Below, piece after piece: positions 34,820 to 46,970 of a stretch of DNA of 64,000 nt. The number at the start of each line of letters is the position of its first letter. The first letter of the stretch is position 1. The DNA is from Fistulifera solaris (taxonomy: Eukaryota): NCBI GenBank assembly GCA_030295235.1, contig AP026136.1, positions 992,001 to 1,056,000 of the forward strand, written 5' to 3'. The position numbers and the translations under genes were made by a program. The notes beneath the pieces are model-generated. The model had not been told where the DNA came from and searched no databases. It saw only the letters and a list, made by a program, of their open reading frames with translations.

Positions 34820-35364
34820 TTCGCGTCCTTGAAGATCAAGCAAGAAGAATCTATTAGAAGGGAGGACTTGTCTAAGAAGTGATCATTACTTGGGAGTTGG
34901 GAGTCTTCGATGCCAGCATGTTGTGTGGTGTTTTTTTTGACGAGCTATGAATTTCTCCCGTGCATTATCCCCTTGAAATTTGACGGATTACCTCAAATTG
35001 CATTTAGGGACCTAGACCTTCTCCAACAAACATACAGTAAGGTTATCCAACATTTAACGAAGATAACCTTAATATTCTTTATGGTTTACCACTTGACAAG
35101 ATAAGGTTCAAGTGTACAGTACCAGGTATGGTGCAATCCGTAAATAAATTATGCAAGGCAATAAATAGCCATGAAAAATCAGCCATGTGTGTCCACGAAC
35201 GAAAAACGACAATGATGCCCGCCCGCGGTTTGTGCTTTTGTATCAATCATCATAGTATGTTATTAGGGTGCTGTAATCTTCACTGAAACGATAAGCATTC
35301 TCCGGCTGACTTCATATCAAGAACCTGAGATATCCCGGGAAGGAAAAGAGCAGGTAATCAGAAA

Positions 35365-37066
35365 ATGTCGCACGGCGCCGCAGCACGTCGAGACTCGGAT
35401 GAATTTGGTCGTCGCCGAAGTAGTGATAGAGATGACTATTCACAAGAGGACGGTGAACAACGAGAGGAACAGTTACGTCAAAAAATAAGAAATAAGCGTC
35501 GCAATGACGATGAAGAGTATCTACGCAACAAATTAATGAAGAAATCCAATCGTCGTCATCGAGACGATCCTTCCCCCTCCGCACGACGATCGCCGTTCTG
35601 CTGATTCGTATAGGAATGACTTCTCACGTGATGGTGATCGTCGCCGACGGGAAGATAGTTACTATCACGACGATCGATATCGAGACGAGGACGATGATTC
35701 TTATGGAAGAACGTATCGTGGTGATGATCGCGGAAAGCGTCGGCAATACGCAGAAGAGGATCGCTATCGTGACAACGAACGACGATATTGTGATCAACGA
35801 GACCGTCATGAAGATAGAACGATCGAACCAGGTCGAGTTGTCCGGGGACGTGTGGTGAGAATTGAATCCTACGGCGCCTTTGTCGAAATCAGGCGTAATG
35901 TTACCGGCTTGTTGCATATTTCGCAGTTGGCTCCGTACCGTGTGGAGCGCGTCGAAGATATGGTGCAGTTGCAACAAGATGTTTACTGTCGCATTTTGGA
36001 TGTTGAGGACCGTGGTCGTATTCGTCTTGGTATGGTGGGCGTTGATCAGCAAACAGGAGAAGCTCTGCCGCAGCAAGGAAATCGGGACGAGCGACGATCT
36101 CGTGGACCGCAAAACTTGGAACGACGCGCTCAAGAGCGGCTCCGTTGGTGTCATGGCGATCGTCGTCCTGCGTGGAACGACACGGATGATTCTCATTGTT
36201 TGCTGACGAAAAATGCGCGGCTATTGTGGTGTAGCAGTCCTAGTCCTCCTTCGCAGAAACCGGAACGCCAAAGCACGAAACATGATACATCTCCTTCCTC
36301 TTCGGCTTCAACAACATCTTCTTCTTCGTCCTCTTCCTCATCGTCATCTTCCGAAAATCGTCGAAAACGGCGACGAAGCAAAACAAAGAGTCGTCTTAGT
36401 TCTCGTGACAAACGCAAGTCGAGGTCACGGAGACACAAACGACGTGGTTCGACGTCGTCGTCATCTTCATCGAGCTCGAGTTCGTCCTCGTCAAGCTCGT
36501 CGTCCTCATCATCCTCCGAGTCGGCGAGGTATAAGAAGAAGCGCGCCAAAGTTAGCGTCCAGCCACCGGAAGAGATCCTAACCTTACCCGAGAATGCAAA
36601 TGTTGACTTGAATCCGGAAGTTCGTGATTTCAAGAAAGCTGTCCAAGGGGATGCGAACGACAGCGACGATGATGACATTGGCCCACGTCCTTTACCCCAA
36701 TCTAATGCTGCTTTAGCCATGGACCCCAGACAAGCCCAAAAGTCGTTCGGAAAAGCTTTGCTTCCTGGAGAAGGCCAAGCGATTGCGCAATATGTACAGC
36801 AGAACTTGCGCGTTCCACGTCGTGGTGAAATTGGATACGGGTCGGAAGAAATCGATAAGTATGAAAGCAGTGGATACGTCATGTCAGGCTCCCGTCACGC
36901 TCGAATGAACGCGATTCGATTACGAAAAGAGAATCAAGTCTATTCGGCAGAAGAACAGCGTGCGTTGGCATTGATCACCATGGAGGAGAAACAGCAGAAG
37001 GAGGCTGCGTTGGTCGAAGACTTCCGAAGAATGTTGAAAGACAAACAGCGAAAGCGGGATACATAA
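35365..37066 (+). CDS. NKAP (DUF926)-like splicing factor with S1 RNA-binding domain and RS/RD/poly-Ser regions
   Basis: S1: [28 protein letters not shown]-terminus: [51 protein letters not shown]. One frameshift near 35575. Confidence 0.88.
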
Positions 37067-38168
37067 AGTCGATCTTGTAGCAGTTGTTGTAGGAAGTGAG
37101 ACTTTTAGGTTGTCGATCGGCATCCCGGTTCTAGCAGTTACACTGTTTGGTCGAACCAGGACTCTGTCGACTTTGCATCGCTAGCAACTTATTACACCAG
37201 CTACATTTGACAACATAATTTAGATTACCCGCGACTGAGTCGTTGACGCCAGGGACACGAAGCAATAGCCCATTTTAAGTTGTAGTTGTGCCAAACCCCT
37301 AATAGACGGAAAAGCGCAGATTGGCATGGGGATATCGATGTATGTCAGTAACATTTGACCGTTATTGAAAAGGCAATGCATTGTAGCTGATAGACTAGTC
37401 AATAGCAACTCGACTGAAACCATTTTACCATTGCGTCCTGTAAAACAGTTTGCTCATTCTGACCGGAAATCAATCATATAACTGATAGGACGTCCCACGC
37501 AGTCCAAGATGGCTTAACTCGAATGACTGCTTGGTTGGGGATTATTATTTGTATGTTGATATGGAAGTGAACGATACGCAAGATAATCGACATGTTGAAT
37601 CGATCCCTAAATTGCAAAACTAGCTAACGGTAATTGGACCGTGGCGACAAATGAGACTGAACAAAATTGTAGAATGAACGAAGGTTTGGTAGCAGTTTTG
37701 CTGGGGAGACTTGAGAAGTAATACGGAGTACAGTAGTTGTTAGTCATGACTCATGACTGAAATGCAATCGTTGTTAATTTGATGGACACTTTGTGCAATA
37801 ATAAATACGGCAAAACACAATCCATTTAGTTTTTCAACATGATAAACCCAACATTGCGGCTTACATTGCAAATGTTGCTTGAGGAAATACCTAACTCAAC
37901 TCTTAACATGCTTTTGGACGAACAAAGGTCTTGGCCTATTATTTCTTTCGGCCTAGTGCCGACTCCTCGTGACTCGTGACTCTTGAGTTTTTCGAGCCCG
38001 TTTTTTACTTAGTCTATCGAATACCGTTCTGTTATTTGTCACCCAATCCAGGCATCTAGGATGGCGTTCCATCCTAACTTAGACGAAAACACCATGAAAA
38101 GTGAAAAGCCAATGCGCATCATTACTTCGATCCTTAACTGCCATCAATTTGTCTTTTGTAAGTTTGTA

Positions 38169-40256
38169 ATGGGAATATCGGGTCTATTAGTCGGTTTGAA
38201 GTCAACAGCCTGCGTTACGGGTCACATACGCGACTTTGCCGGTCAAGCAGTTGCCGTGGATGCAAGCTCATGGTTGCACAAATCCGTTTACTCGATTGCC
38301 GACCACTACGTGGAGTGTGTTGAGAATCATAAGACTGTCGATCGAAGGTGTATCGAGGCGGCATCAAATTATATCATCAGACGCTGCCAGGAACTTTCCT
38401 GTGCCGGCATTGTTCGAGTTTTTCTTGTCATGGATGGCCAGCGATGCCCTTTGAAGGCACAAACAAATCAAGACAGAGAAAAACGCCGTTTACAGAATCT
38501 CCACCAAGCTCGCGAGTACAAACAGCTGGGAAAGTACGACAGAATGTATGAAAAGTACAAGACTTGCATCAAAGTACATCCAAAGCTTGGTCAGGAAGTT
38601 GTCAAAGAAGTTCAACGAAAGCTCAAAGACTCCAGGATTCAAATTCAAACGGTTTGGGCACCCTACGAAGCTGACCCCCAGCTTATTCAACTTTGCGTCG
38701 AGGGCCTTGCGCAAGCAGTGATAACCGAAGATTCCGATGTTCTGGTTTATTCTGCGACAACTTACACTCCGGTCCCTGTCATTTTCAAACTGGACGGTCA
38801 ATCAGGAACGTGCGATATCATCTCTATGAATTGGCTCTTCGATGCTAAAAATACTTCCTTTCAGGTCGACGAACAGAAGAAAAAGAAAGCTTCAGGAATA
38901 GAGGCGTTTCTTCAGACATTTTCCACGAGAGAGGAAAGAGTGAAAGGGCTGGGAGTACGCTTGTTTGTCCAGGCGTGTGTGTTTGCCGGTTGTGATTATG
39001 CCCCCAATGAGCTTGGTGGCATCGGAACTGTTACGTCTTTTAAGCATATACGGAACAATATTCATCGTAACGCAGAAGACCGCTTTCGTTCGATCTTACA
39101 ACAATGCGGTAAACAGGGGACGCCAGAGTACGAAGTCTTGCTCCGTAAAAGTGAAACAGTATTTTATTACCACCCCGTTCTCGACGTAGGGACTGGTCAA
39201 GTGAAATACCTGAACGACCCATACAACGCCACAGAACATCAACCAAAACTCGAACGCTTCGGATCCGATTGGTCGCATTTTTTGGGAGATGTCGAAATTT
39301 CAGTCAAACCTGGATCTGTGTCTGCGTCCCGTGAAAACCAACAGCCAAATGTTCCCAAGCTGTTCTCCGCCGCTGCATTCGCAAAACGAAAAGACGTTGC
39401 AATTTCAAATCCTTACGTCAGGACGGGTAAGCGCCCGCGTGATGGTGACACGGAAAGCAAGACTTTGCCTTTACGAACGATTAGCTCGAATACGAGCGAC
39501 GCGGATCGGGAGTCGTTGGCGGCTAAATGCAATCCATTTTCTAACTTTTCTCTAGAAAATCCTAACTCCTGTTTGAAAGCGGAGACTCTACAAAGAAAGA
39601 AAGATGCACTTGCTTCATTTTACGGAGATAACGAAGATGTCAGGGGTGTGAAACGTATTTTTCCCAAAGATGGTACTCGAGTCACTCTGAAACAGAAGCC
39701 CATAGATCTGCCGAAATGTTTGCCGGTGTATCCTTTATCAGATCAAATCGAAACATTGATAGCGGATGATGACGATGTCGAAGAAGAGGTTCATAAACAG
39801 AGCGACAGCCAGATTATTACAGCCGAAAACGAGAGAGTTACGAGCCGCTTCTTTACCACTGGAGAGCGCATCACCTCGCGACGCGTAAGCTACGAGCCCG
39901 AATCCGTTAATTGCAGCAAAAGTGAGGCACAAGATTGTCCACAGCAACATACCTTGCACAACACATTTGAAGATGACGACGTTTGGTCCCCTAAGAAGGC
40001 ACTGTATGATGCCCAGCCACTAAACGAAGACGCTATTGTAGAGTCGTCCCCCAAATTCGCTTCCCGACTTCCATCTTTGCATAAGCCGTTTGCTAATCAA
40101 CCTATTTGCTTTCAAGTTGGACCGCTCAGTCTGCCGTCGACGCGTCCAAAAGCTCTTCAAGGCCGGTCCAACAGTAATGCAATGCGAGGGCGTGGTGACA
40201 AACAAACAACCCTCCTCAAGCATTTCAATGTTAAAGCTGAACACAATTCCGACTAG
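38169..40256 (+). CDS. EXO1: Exonuclease 1 (XPG/Rad2 family)
   Basis: MGISGLL, AVDASSWLHK, VMDG..P.K..T..R, APYEADPQL, ITEDSD, GCDY..GIG, followed by a long disordered tail. Confidence 0.92.
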   Translation: MGISGLLVGLKSTACVTGHIRDFAGQAVAVDASSWLHKSVYSIADHYVECVENHKTVDRRCIEAASNYIIRRCQELSCAGIVRVFLVMDGQRCPLKAQTNQDREKRRLQNLHQAREYKQLGKYDRMYEKYKTCIKVHPKLGQEVVKEVQRKLKDSRIQIQTVWAPYEADPQLIQLCVEGLAQAVITEDSDVLVYSATTYTPVPVIFKLDGQSGTCDIISMNWLFDAKNTSFQVDEQKKKKASGIEAFLQTFSTREERVKGLGVRLFVQACVFAGCDYAPNELGGIGTVTSFKHIRNNIHRNAEDRFRSILQQCGKQGTPEYEVLLRKSETVFYYHPVLDVGTGQVKYLNDPYNATEHQPKLERFGSDWSHFLGDVEISVKPGSVSASRENQQPNVPKLFSAAAFAKRKDVAISNPYVRTGKRPRDGDTESKTLPLRTISSNTSDADRESLAAKCNPFSNFSLENPNSCLKAETLQRKKDALASFYGDNEDVRGVKRIFPKDGTRVTLKQKPIDLPKCLPVYPLSDQIETLIADDDDVEEEVHKQSDSQIITAENERVTSRFFTTGERITSRRVSYEPESVNCSKSEAQDCPQQHTLHNTFEDDDVWSPKKALYDAQPLNEDAIVESSPKFASRLPSLHKPFANQPICFQVGPLSLPSTRPKALQGRSNSNAMRGRGDKQTTLLKHFNVKAEHNSD

Positions 40257-40321
40257 CAGATTGTAATGCAGAGACATCAATAAATTACGTTGGAGTAGAA
40301 AGCAATTACAGAACTCTCTAA

Positions 40322-41819
40322 TTAGATTGCAGACCGTCGTCGATTTACTCTACGACGCGGCGTCTGTTCACCGTTGGCCCTGGCTTCATTGATAGCTTGC
40401 CGGAAAGCCTGCATCTCTAGGAACTCGTGTGCTTCCTCTCCAGACAAAACAATTTCATCGACTACTGTGTTGAATGATTGGCAGTTGTTGCACTGGACAC
40501 CTAAAAAGTGCCACGCTAGTGCATGAGCATTGATTTCGCAATCGTTGCATGTTATATTCACAACGCGGGCTAGCTCAGGAGGGACTGGCTGCAGAGCAAC
40601 ACTCTGCGCCATGGCCGTCCACGTTGGCATCATTCTCTCACGTGTTTCCGCGGTCTTCTTACAGACCGGACAACGACTGTCGTGTGCTGCAAGCTGGCGG
40701 AAACATTCCCAATGGATCGCATGGCCACATGGCATTTCATGCGATGCTGATCGCGAACTGAATAAATACTCTTGACAAACAGGACAATTCGACTTGTACT
40801 TGCCTGCCTTGCAATTGTGTGTGTTGTACAGCGATCGATCAATGCACATGCCGCAATCATTACAATGCTGGAAATTCTCAGCACCGCCAACTCGGCAAAA
40901 GCCGCATTCAGCGCAATGATACGGCTGTTCATCCGCAGACATCCATAAATTGCATATGTTACAATGATACTCTCCAAAAGGCATCTCGCAGTTGATGCAA
41001 AAATTGCTGCACGCGAAATTGTCAAAAATATGGTCAGTCAAGATGTTCGTGAAACGACAACAATTTTACGCTTTCAACTTACGTTTTACTGGATTGCCTT
41101 GTGAAGCATTCACGGCAAATAACCTCCTTGATTGCAAATCGATCAATTTGGTGATGATTATCTTCCGGGATGTGTTGAGCCGGCATGCTGGTGAAGCTGC
41201 TTGGCAGCGATGCGGTACGGTGAACGCGACGACTAGAAGGAGTTCGTTCAATCTTTGGGGGAAGTACTGGGCAATCATCATGACAAATTCGACAACCGAA
41301 TGCAGCCCCGCAACAAGGTGCAATGATCGTACAGTTTCGTTCATAATGTGAGCAATGAGGGCGGCTAATTTCCAGCCTTCTTGTTTCTTCATCGCTTCGG
41401 GGCCGTATTTCCTCAGTCTCTGCTTTAATAACTCCGTTTGTATCACCATAACCCATGTCTTCGTACCCCATTGAGTTACCACCTAAACTTCCTACACTAC
41501 CAGTACTGCTGTGCTGGCTTCCAGCTCCAATACTAGAGCGTCGACCATCCATCAAATGTTGAATTGAGCGCCGTTTTTCCATCGGACCTAAGGACGGGTC
41601 GGCCATGATGGCTTTGATACTTGCTCTCCTTTCTTTCTCTTCTGCGACCGTCATGCTACCTCTTCGCCCTGAGGGTGTAGCATCACCGTATCCCATGTCG
41701 ACCGGTTCCTCCCGCTGAATAGGGACCGCATAGCCGTATCCCATGTCAACTATTTGCTGCGCTGGAGTGGAAACATGGGAAGAATCGTCGTACTCGTACT
41801 CCATACTGTCGTCGGTCAT
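40322..41819 (-). CDS. RCHY1: Pirh2/RCHY1-like E3 ligase (CHY, CTCHY, RING-H2, zinc ribbon)
   Basis: CSHYERNC.I.APCC..FGCRICHD, YHC.ECGFCRVGG, CPVCQEYLF..MPCGHAIH..C..CPVC, I.CNDC..WHFLG.QC..C.SFNT. Intron 41007-41082. Confidence 0.92.
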
Positions 41820-42563
41820 TCTAGAAAGCTTAGCCAGCGCCAATATCAATGATCAACAAGGTCTTTTAGAGCAGTAACCTCTTGCTTTCTTAATGGATTA
41901 TGCAATACCCCCAAACTTGAGTCGGCTCATCGCGATTTCTGAGATGGCGTAGAAGCGCATGCAGTGATTTTGTGGCACAAGAAAGGAATGACCGCGAGGA
42001 TGACCGATGACCGCTCACACAGCACACCCCATTCGCATTTCGCAGTACCGGGTGTGTTCCACCAACTTGTAGTCTGACCGCTAGAATTCACTGAGGACCC
42101 AAGCCATACAAGACTGAGATTCCTGGCACCCTAGGCCAAAGACGCGTTGAAACCTATAGCAACTAGATGTACCAACGTGTGGATTGTTTAGACAATGAGG
42201 AATAAGCTAATGAGATCGAAAATCTAAAGTCAAATGAACTAGCAAAATGCGACTCCGGTCTTTTGTGTCGGGCTGTTGTCCTCTGCCCTTGCTTTATTCT
42301 GACCGACAATATGCATTCTTACGAGTACGGGGTTCGGAGCACCGACACTCTCTATGCAACGTCATTACTTTCGCGCCAAGTCCATTGCTTCGGATATGCT
42401 TCTGGATTCATCACATGCAGATTGGGATTTTTTGACTGTTTGTGTGCTTGCTACGCAGTAGACCCCATTCTCCGTTTTCTTTAGTTTAAACAACTTCAGG
42501 TTCAAAACAAAAACAAACAGTGATCTAACTAGTTTACAATGTGGCGATATGTTAGAAATTGAA

Positions 42564-43373
42564 TCAAGCTGCAGGGGCTAGCACCGGTGTTCGATTAACT
42601 GTGAGAAGGATGTTCATGTAGAAAAAGACGTATTCTTCCTTGGACAAGATGCGCTTGTTGCCGATCATAAAGAAAACTGTGAAGAGTGCTTCAATGCATA
42701 GACGTGTCTCCTCCAGACGGATAAAGTGAGAGTGAATATGTCCCATGTTGTTGCAAAGTGCAAGTAGTAATACATCACAGACTTCGGGATGATACATACC
42801 CAAACTGGCATGGTAGATAAGCTGTGAGTGGGCAGCACTGTAGTTCTCGAGTGCTCGCTCGTACTTGGCATCACAATTCTCTCGAAAAGCAATCTTATGC
42901 CACGCCAAGCCGCTGTTGTACAGCAATATTGCGGGGATGTGACTAGAATACCTTTCCCACTTAAACGATGAGATGTCGGCGATTTCAATGACACGATTGT
43001 AAATCGTGAAGAAATTACTGGGTGATGCTGCTTCCACCAACTTATCCGGAAGCTGCAAGTCTGGGCTAGCACTGAATGGATCGTCAGCATTTCTTGTGAA
43101 AACTATCGGGTCGCCTTCGGAGAAGGCACTCGACCTCATCGTCGAAGGCATCGACTCATCATCCAAAACACTACTCGATGAGAGCAAGCTTCCGGCGGCC
43201 GGAGCACTTAATGCATTTCCAAGTAAATTGATAGCTTCTTCGTTTTTCCCTTGGCTAATTAAAGCAAGAGCTGTATTGTTCAAGGCGGCTACGATTACAT
43301 TCGCAGACGGATGCGTGCTGCTTTTGGTTGCGCTTTTAGAGACGTCGGTGTGATTGAGAGCTGTGCAGTTCAT
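42564..43373 (-). CDS. TPR-like helical protein of a diatom-type expanded family
   Basis: LNNTALALISQG..EEA, ILLYNSGLAWH, LALCNNMGHIH and C-terminal APAA. Intact 269-aa ORF. Confidence 0.6.
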   Translation of the reverse strand: MNCTALNHTDVSKSATKSSTHPSANVIVAALNNTALALISQGKNEEAINLLGNALSAPAAGSLLSSSSVLDDESMPSTMRSSAFSEGDPIVFTRNADDPFSASPDLQLPDKLVEAASPSNFFTIYNRVIEIADISSFKWERYSSHIPAILLYNSGLAWHKIAFRENCDAKYERALENYSAAHSQLIYHASLGMYHPEVCDVLLLALCNNMGHIHSHFIRLEETRLCIEALFTVFFMIGNKRILSKEEYVFFYMNILLTVNRTPVLAPAA

Positions 43374-43930
43374 TGTGGGGGTGTGATGCGATGCGATGTT
43401 TTGTGAATGATAAGGATTTTATGACATCGTTTATTGTTTCCATGATAAGTGCCTCCATTCCAATTTGCGGGGATGAATTTCTTGAGAGAACAAAGCAATC
43501 TGCTTTTCAGTTCGGATGATGACTGTAGACAGATGCAATCCAACAGAAAAGCACCTGCTTCTACTGTTTCATACATTGTGAAAATAGGCGACCCGATCGT
43601 AGAGGTAAAACATGTTCCATGTTCCATTCATCTGTTTTGTTCTCCAGGCCATCTGCTGCATCTGGTTGTAAGTACACAAGTCGGAAAGGGCTTCACTTGG
43701 CCTACGTACGAAAAGAAGAGACATTAGACATTCAGTACACTTCAAACGGTGCGTCAGATGTCTGATTTTCTTGTTTCTTTTCAAAGAGATTTAGCTTTAA
43801 CTCTAACCTTCTCAACAAGTCTATTTCTTTTGTTGGTTAACCGACCTACTAATCAAAAGTCGTGCGAAGGTCTTGATATCATGTTTCTCTAGATAACTTT
43901 ATCAGTTGAAACTGAAGTCAATTCAAACAT

Positions 43931-45846
43931 CTACGGCACGATCGCCAAGTCGCACAGAAGACTAACATGATCACTTGGGGCGTTTGCGTTCGGCATGAAA
44001 GACAGCATGTCTTGGCTTGGCATATTGGCATGATTAAGCGGAACAAGACTGTTACTGATCACGATATGGTCCAAATTGGCACTAAAACCAGGAATCAAAT
44101 GAGTGAAAGCGGGAGCGGGGATGATAGCAGAATTCATTTGCTGGAAATTGTCCCGTACAGATAATTCGGGAAAATCGTCGTCGCTTGTTGCGGTCTCGAA
44201 GCGGCGGCCTCGCTCACCCCATTGGAAGGCGTTTAAGTGGTTCTTCAGATCTCTATGGTTTGTTGGCACCACGCCTTCAATAAGAAGTTTTCCACAGCTG
44301 TTTATTAGCGAGCTGTTGAAGTCTCCGCAAAGAATGATACATTGATCTGTTGATGACGCCTTGGCTTGTGCTAACAGGCGCAAGATCGACCACATTTGCA
44401 GCGTGCGAATATGGCTTGCATTAGGATGAAAGAACAAATGCGTATTGCCGACAAGTATCTCGGTACCTGTCGTTTTCTCTCGTACTTGCGCAAGCTGGAG
44501 AATGTGGCCCAGCTTGCACAGAATAATTTCCTCCAAATCTGGCCTTTTCTTTAGTAACTTGTAAATGTCATCACTGGATCCCCAGCGATCATGTCCCGGT
44601 CCATCGGTCGGTAAAACAGATTTGAGTTCGTGGGAATCGCAACTGATCCATTCTAGTCGTTTCGAATTAATGAACATCCCGCACCCTTCCATTTGCCCAT
44701 CTGTTTTCTTGCTAGAATAGTAACCTGCATAGCCATATGCATCAAGTACTGGTTGAAGGAGTCTTTGAAATATGTGTTCGTCGACCTCTTGCAAGCAGAT
44801 AATGTCCGCATGATATGACAAAATCTCGTGAACAATGAGCGGAAAGCGCCGTTGTTTGAGCAGAATTGCCTCGTCGCAATAGGGATGCCACGAAGGAGTG
44901 CAATTCTGATCGGCCAGAATGTTATACGTCAACACTCGGAAGTTTTTATCCGTGGAAAGTCGTGGCTTGGTCCACTCCGGTCTGATTGCTAGCAAGGTGT
45001 TTTCTGGATACGGTTCAACTCTCTTTGTAAAAGCATAAGCTTCTAGACAGCCTTCTCCATCGTGTTCGTCTGTTCGATACGGGCGAATGCAAACAATCAC
45101 TTCTTTCCCAATGTCATTGTTTGTGGGCACATAAATTGGACTGTCATTCTGCACAAGAACGCCGTCGGCATACCAATCTATAACCACGCCAGTGGCGAAA
45201 AGACAGCCCACCTGCACATGAACCGGTATTTTGGCAAAGACGTTGGCCTGAAGATTGTCAAAGGAGCTCACACTGGTAATGGTCGGTGGATTCGCTTCAA
45301 TGAGTAAGCGCAATGGTTCATCACAACCGATCACAGGAATCCGAAGTTGGATTTGATTATTGCAATATTCCTTCAATAGCGCGCCGCAAGAGATATCGGA
45401 AATATTCATTTCGACCGCACAAGACCCTTCCTGTTTCCACACCGACGGCAACTCTGCGACGTCGCTTTTACTGTTGTTCTTACTCCTTTTGCAATTCGAT
45501 CCCATTTTTTCGAAAGGGAGATCTGAATGCGTTTCAAAGTGTTCGCAAATGGCTCATCCGCGCTTCTAAATAGTTGCACGATTTTGCTTTCGCTGGCTCC
45601 ATCGTAGAGGTAGAGTGACAGTTCACATGTCTTGCCGGTGAATTCCTCGCTGTCTAGCGTGACGCAGGGACGAGAGCGAGATAAACGAAAAGATGAAGGC
45701 GGACTGAAATTAGGGACAGGAAATGAAATGCGACGTTGCACGGGCTTATCGCATTGATCGTAATTGGGATCGAAGCCGATCGGAAGAGTTCGAGCGAACA
45801 GATGGCCATCGCATCTCTTTTCTTGTACAGCGTTAAAGTCATTCAT
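43931..45846 (-). CDS. PDE12/CCR4-like EEP-family 2',5'-phosphodiesterase/deadenylase
   Basis: FRVLTYNILAD, ADIICLQEVD, GNTHLFFHP, LCGDFNS, LDHI, PSDH. N-terminal R..DEP...TLKRI as in PDE12. One indel near 45510. Confidence 0.88.
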
Positions 45847-46402
45847 CGTGCAAAACTGGTTGCGGCTTCTTCGGCACGCGACTCTTTGATAGTCTAGGGT
45901 ACGAACTCGACAAAGAATTGATTTTTATTATGAGATAGCATGAAAAAATTGAGGAGCATGACCTGCCGACTAAAATGAAGCGAGATAACTTAGAGGTGCG
46001 TGACAGGACTGAAAAGGAACCGACAAGAAAGGCTTCGATTTGTCGTATTGGCAATCCGATTGATGATGGTTTATCTATAGGCCAATAGGAATAGGATCCC
46101 CTAAAACCTAAAACCTAAAACCCTTTCCTCACAATTGTCTTCTAGTAATACGTAATGATATACGATTAAAAGTAGATCAAGATTCGTTGTGACAAGATAA
46201 CCTCGCTATAAAGAGTAACTTTTCTACAGTTTATTGCTATAACTATTGGATTACATAGGGGAGGAAACTCGCTAACATAAATGCTCCACAATTTATAAAC
46301 AATAGGTCAACGAACAAAGATCCATCGATTTACCTCAAAATGAACAAATGAATTGAGAGAAAAAGCAGACGAAAAATTGAGATCATTGTTTGCTATCGAA
46401 GA

Positions 46403-46816
46403 ATGGGGTCACAGGTCGATGCGACAGCAGCAAGAGATACCTCGATAGAGATTCTTAAGAAGAATGGAGATGCCAAGATGACCACCGATCAAAAACGCTT
46501 GTTTATCGTCTTTACCAAGGTCTTACTGCGGTACTTGCAGGAAAAGGATCCGGTCACATATTTACTTGCCCGACAAACAATAAGAGAGGCTGTGGATCAT
46601 GAGCGACGTTCAACAGTGGGTAACACGTGTCCCGTAAGTCGTATGAAAAAGAGGTTGGAGCTGCTCGTTCCCAGGGAACACTGGAAGAAAGCAGAGGAAT
46701 ACCTTTTACAAAAACTAAGAACCACCCAACCATTAGAAGAGAACAGTGACGACTCGATAGAGGTCTATGAAGGTATTCTTGATTCATCGTGTATATTCAA
46801 CAGTGTGTGTTCTTAA
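46403..46816 (+). CDS. Small helical hypothetical protein (diatom-type family)
   Basis: 137-aa ORF with pattern F..F.KVLLRYL.EKDP...RL..LV...HW.KA..Y. Confidence 0.55.
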   Translation: MGSQVDATAARDTSIEILKKNGDAKMTTDQKRLFIVFTKVLLRYLQEKDPVTYLLARQTIREAVDHERRSTVGNTCPVSRMKKRLELLVPREHWKKAEEYLLQKLRTTQPLEENSDDSIEVYEGILDSSCIFNSVCS

Positions 46817-46970
46817 TCGATGGGCTTGCTTGCGAATTGCGACATGTAAAGATAGATCACGCCAATGATCATGAGCACAATAAAGCTGCTTGAATTCTCA
46901 CAAAGAATTATTATTACAACATGAATTAGATTGATAGAATCCGAAAAAGAGCTATATTAGTAAGTCAGAT

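Noticed and set aside
36193..36882. 229-aa antisense ORF with acidic tracts
   Set aside because: Shadow of the poly-Ser codons of the NKAP gene. The same applies to other long antisense ORFs such as 30857-31558 and 15018-15572.
46100..46123. (CCTAAAA)x3 telomere-like repeat
   Set aside because: Only three units, internal, and not the TTAGGG unit. Treated as a microsatellite.
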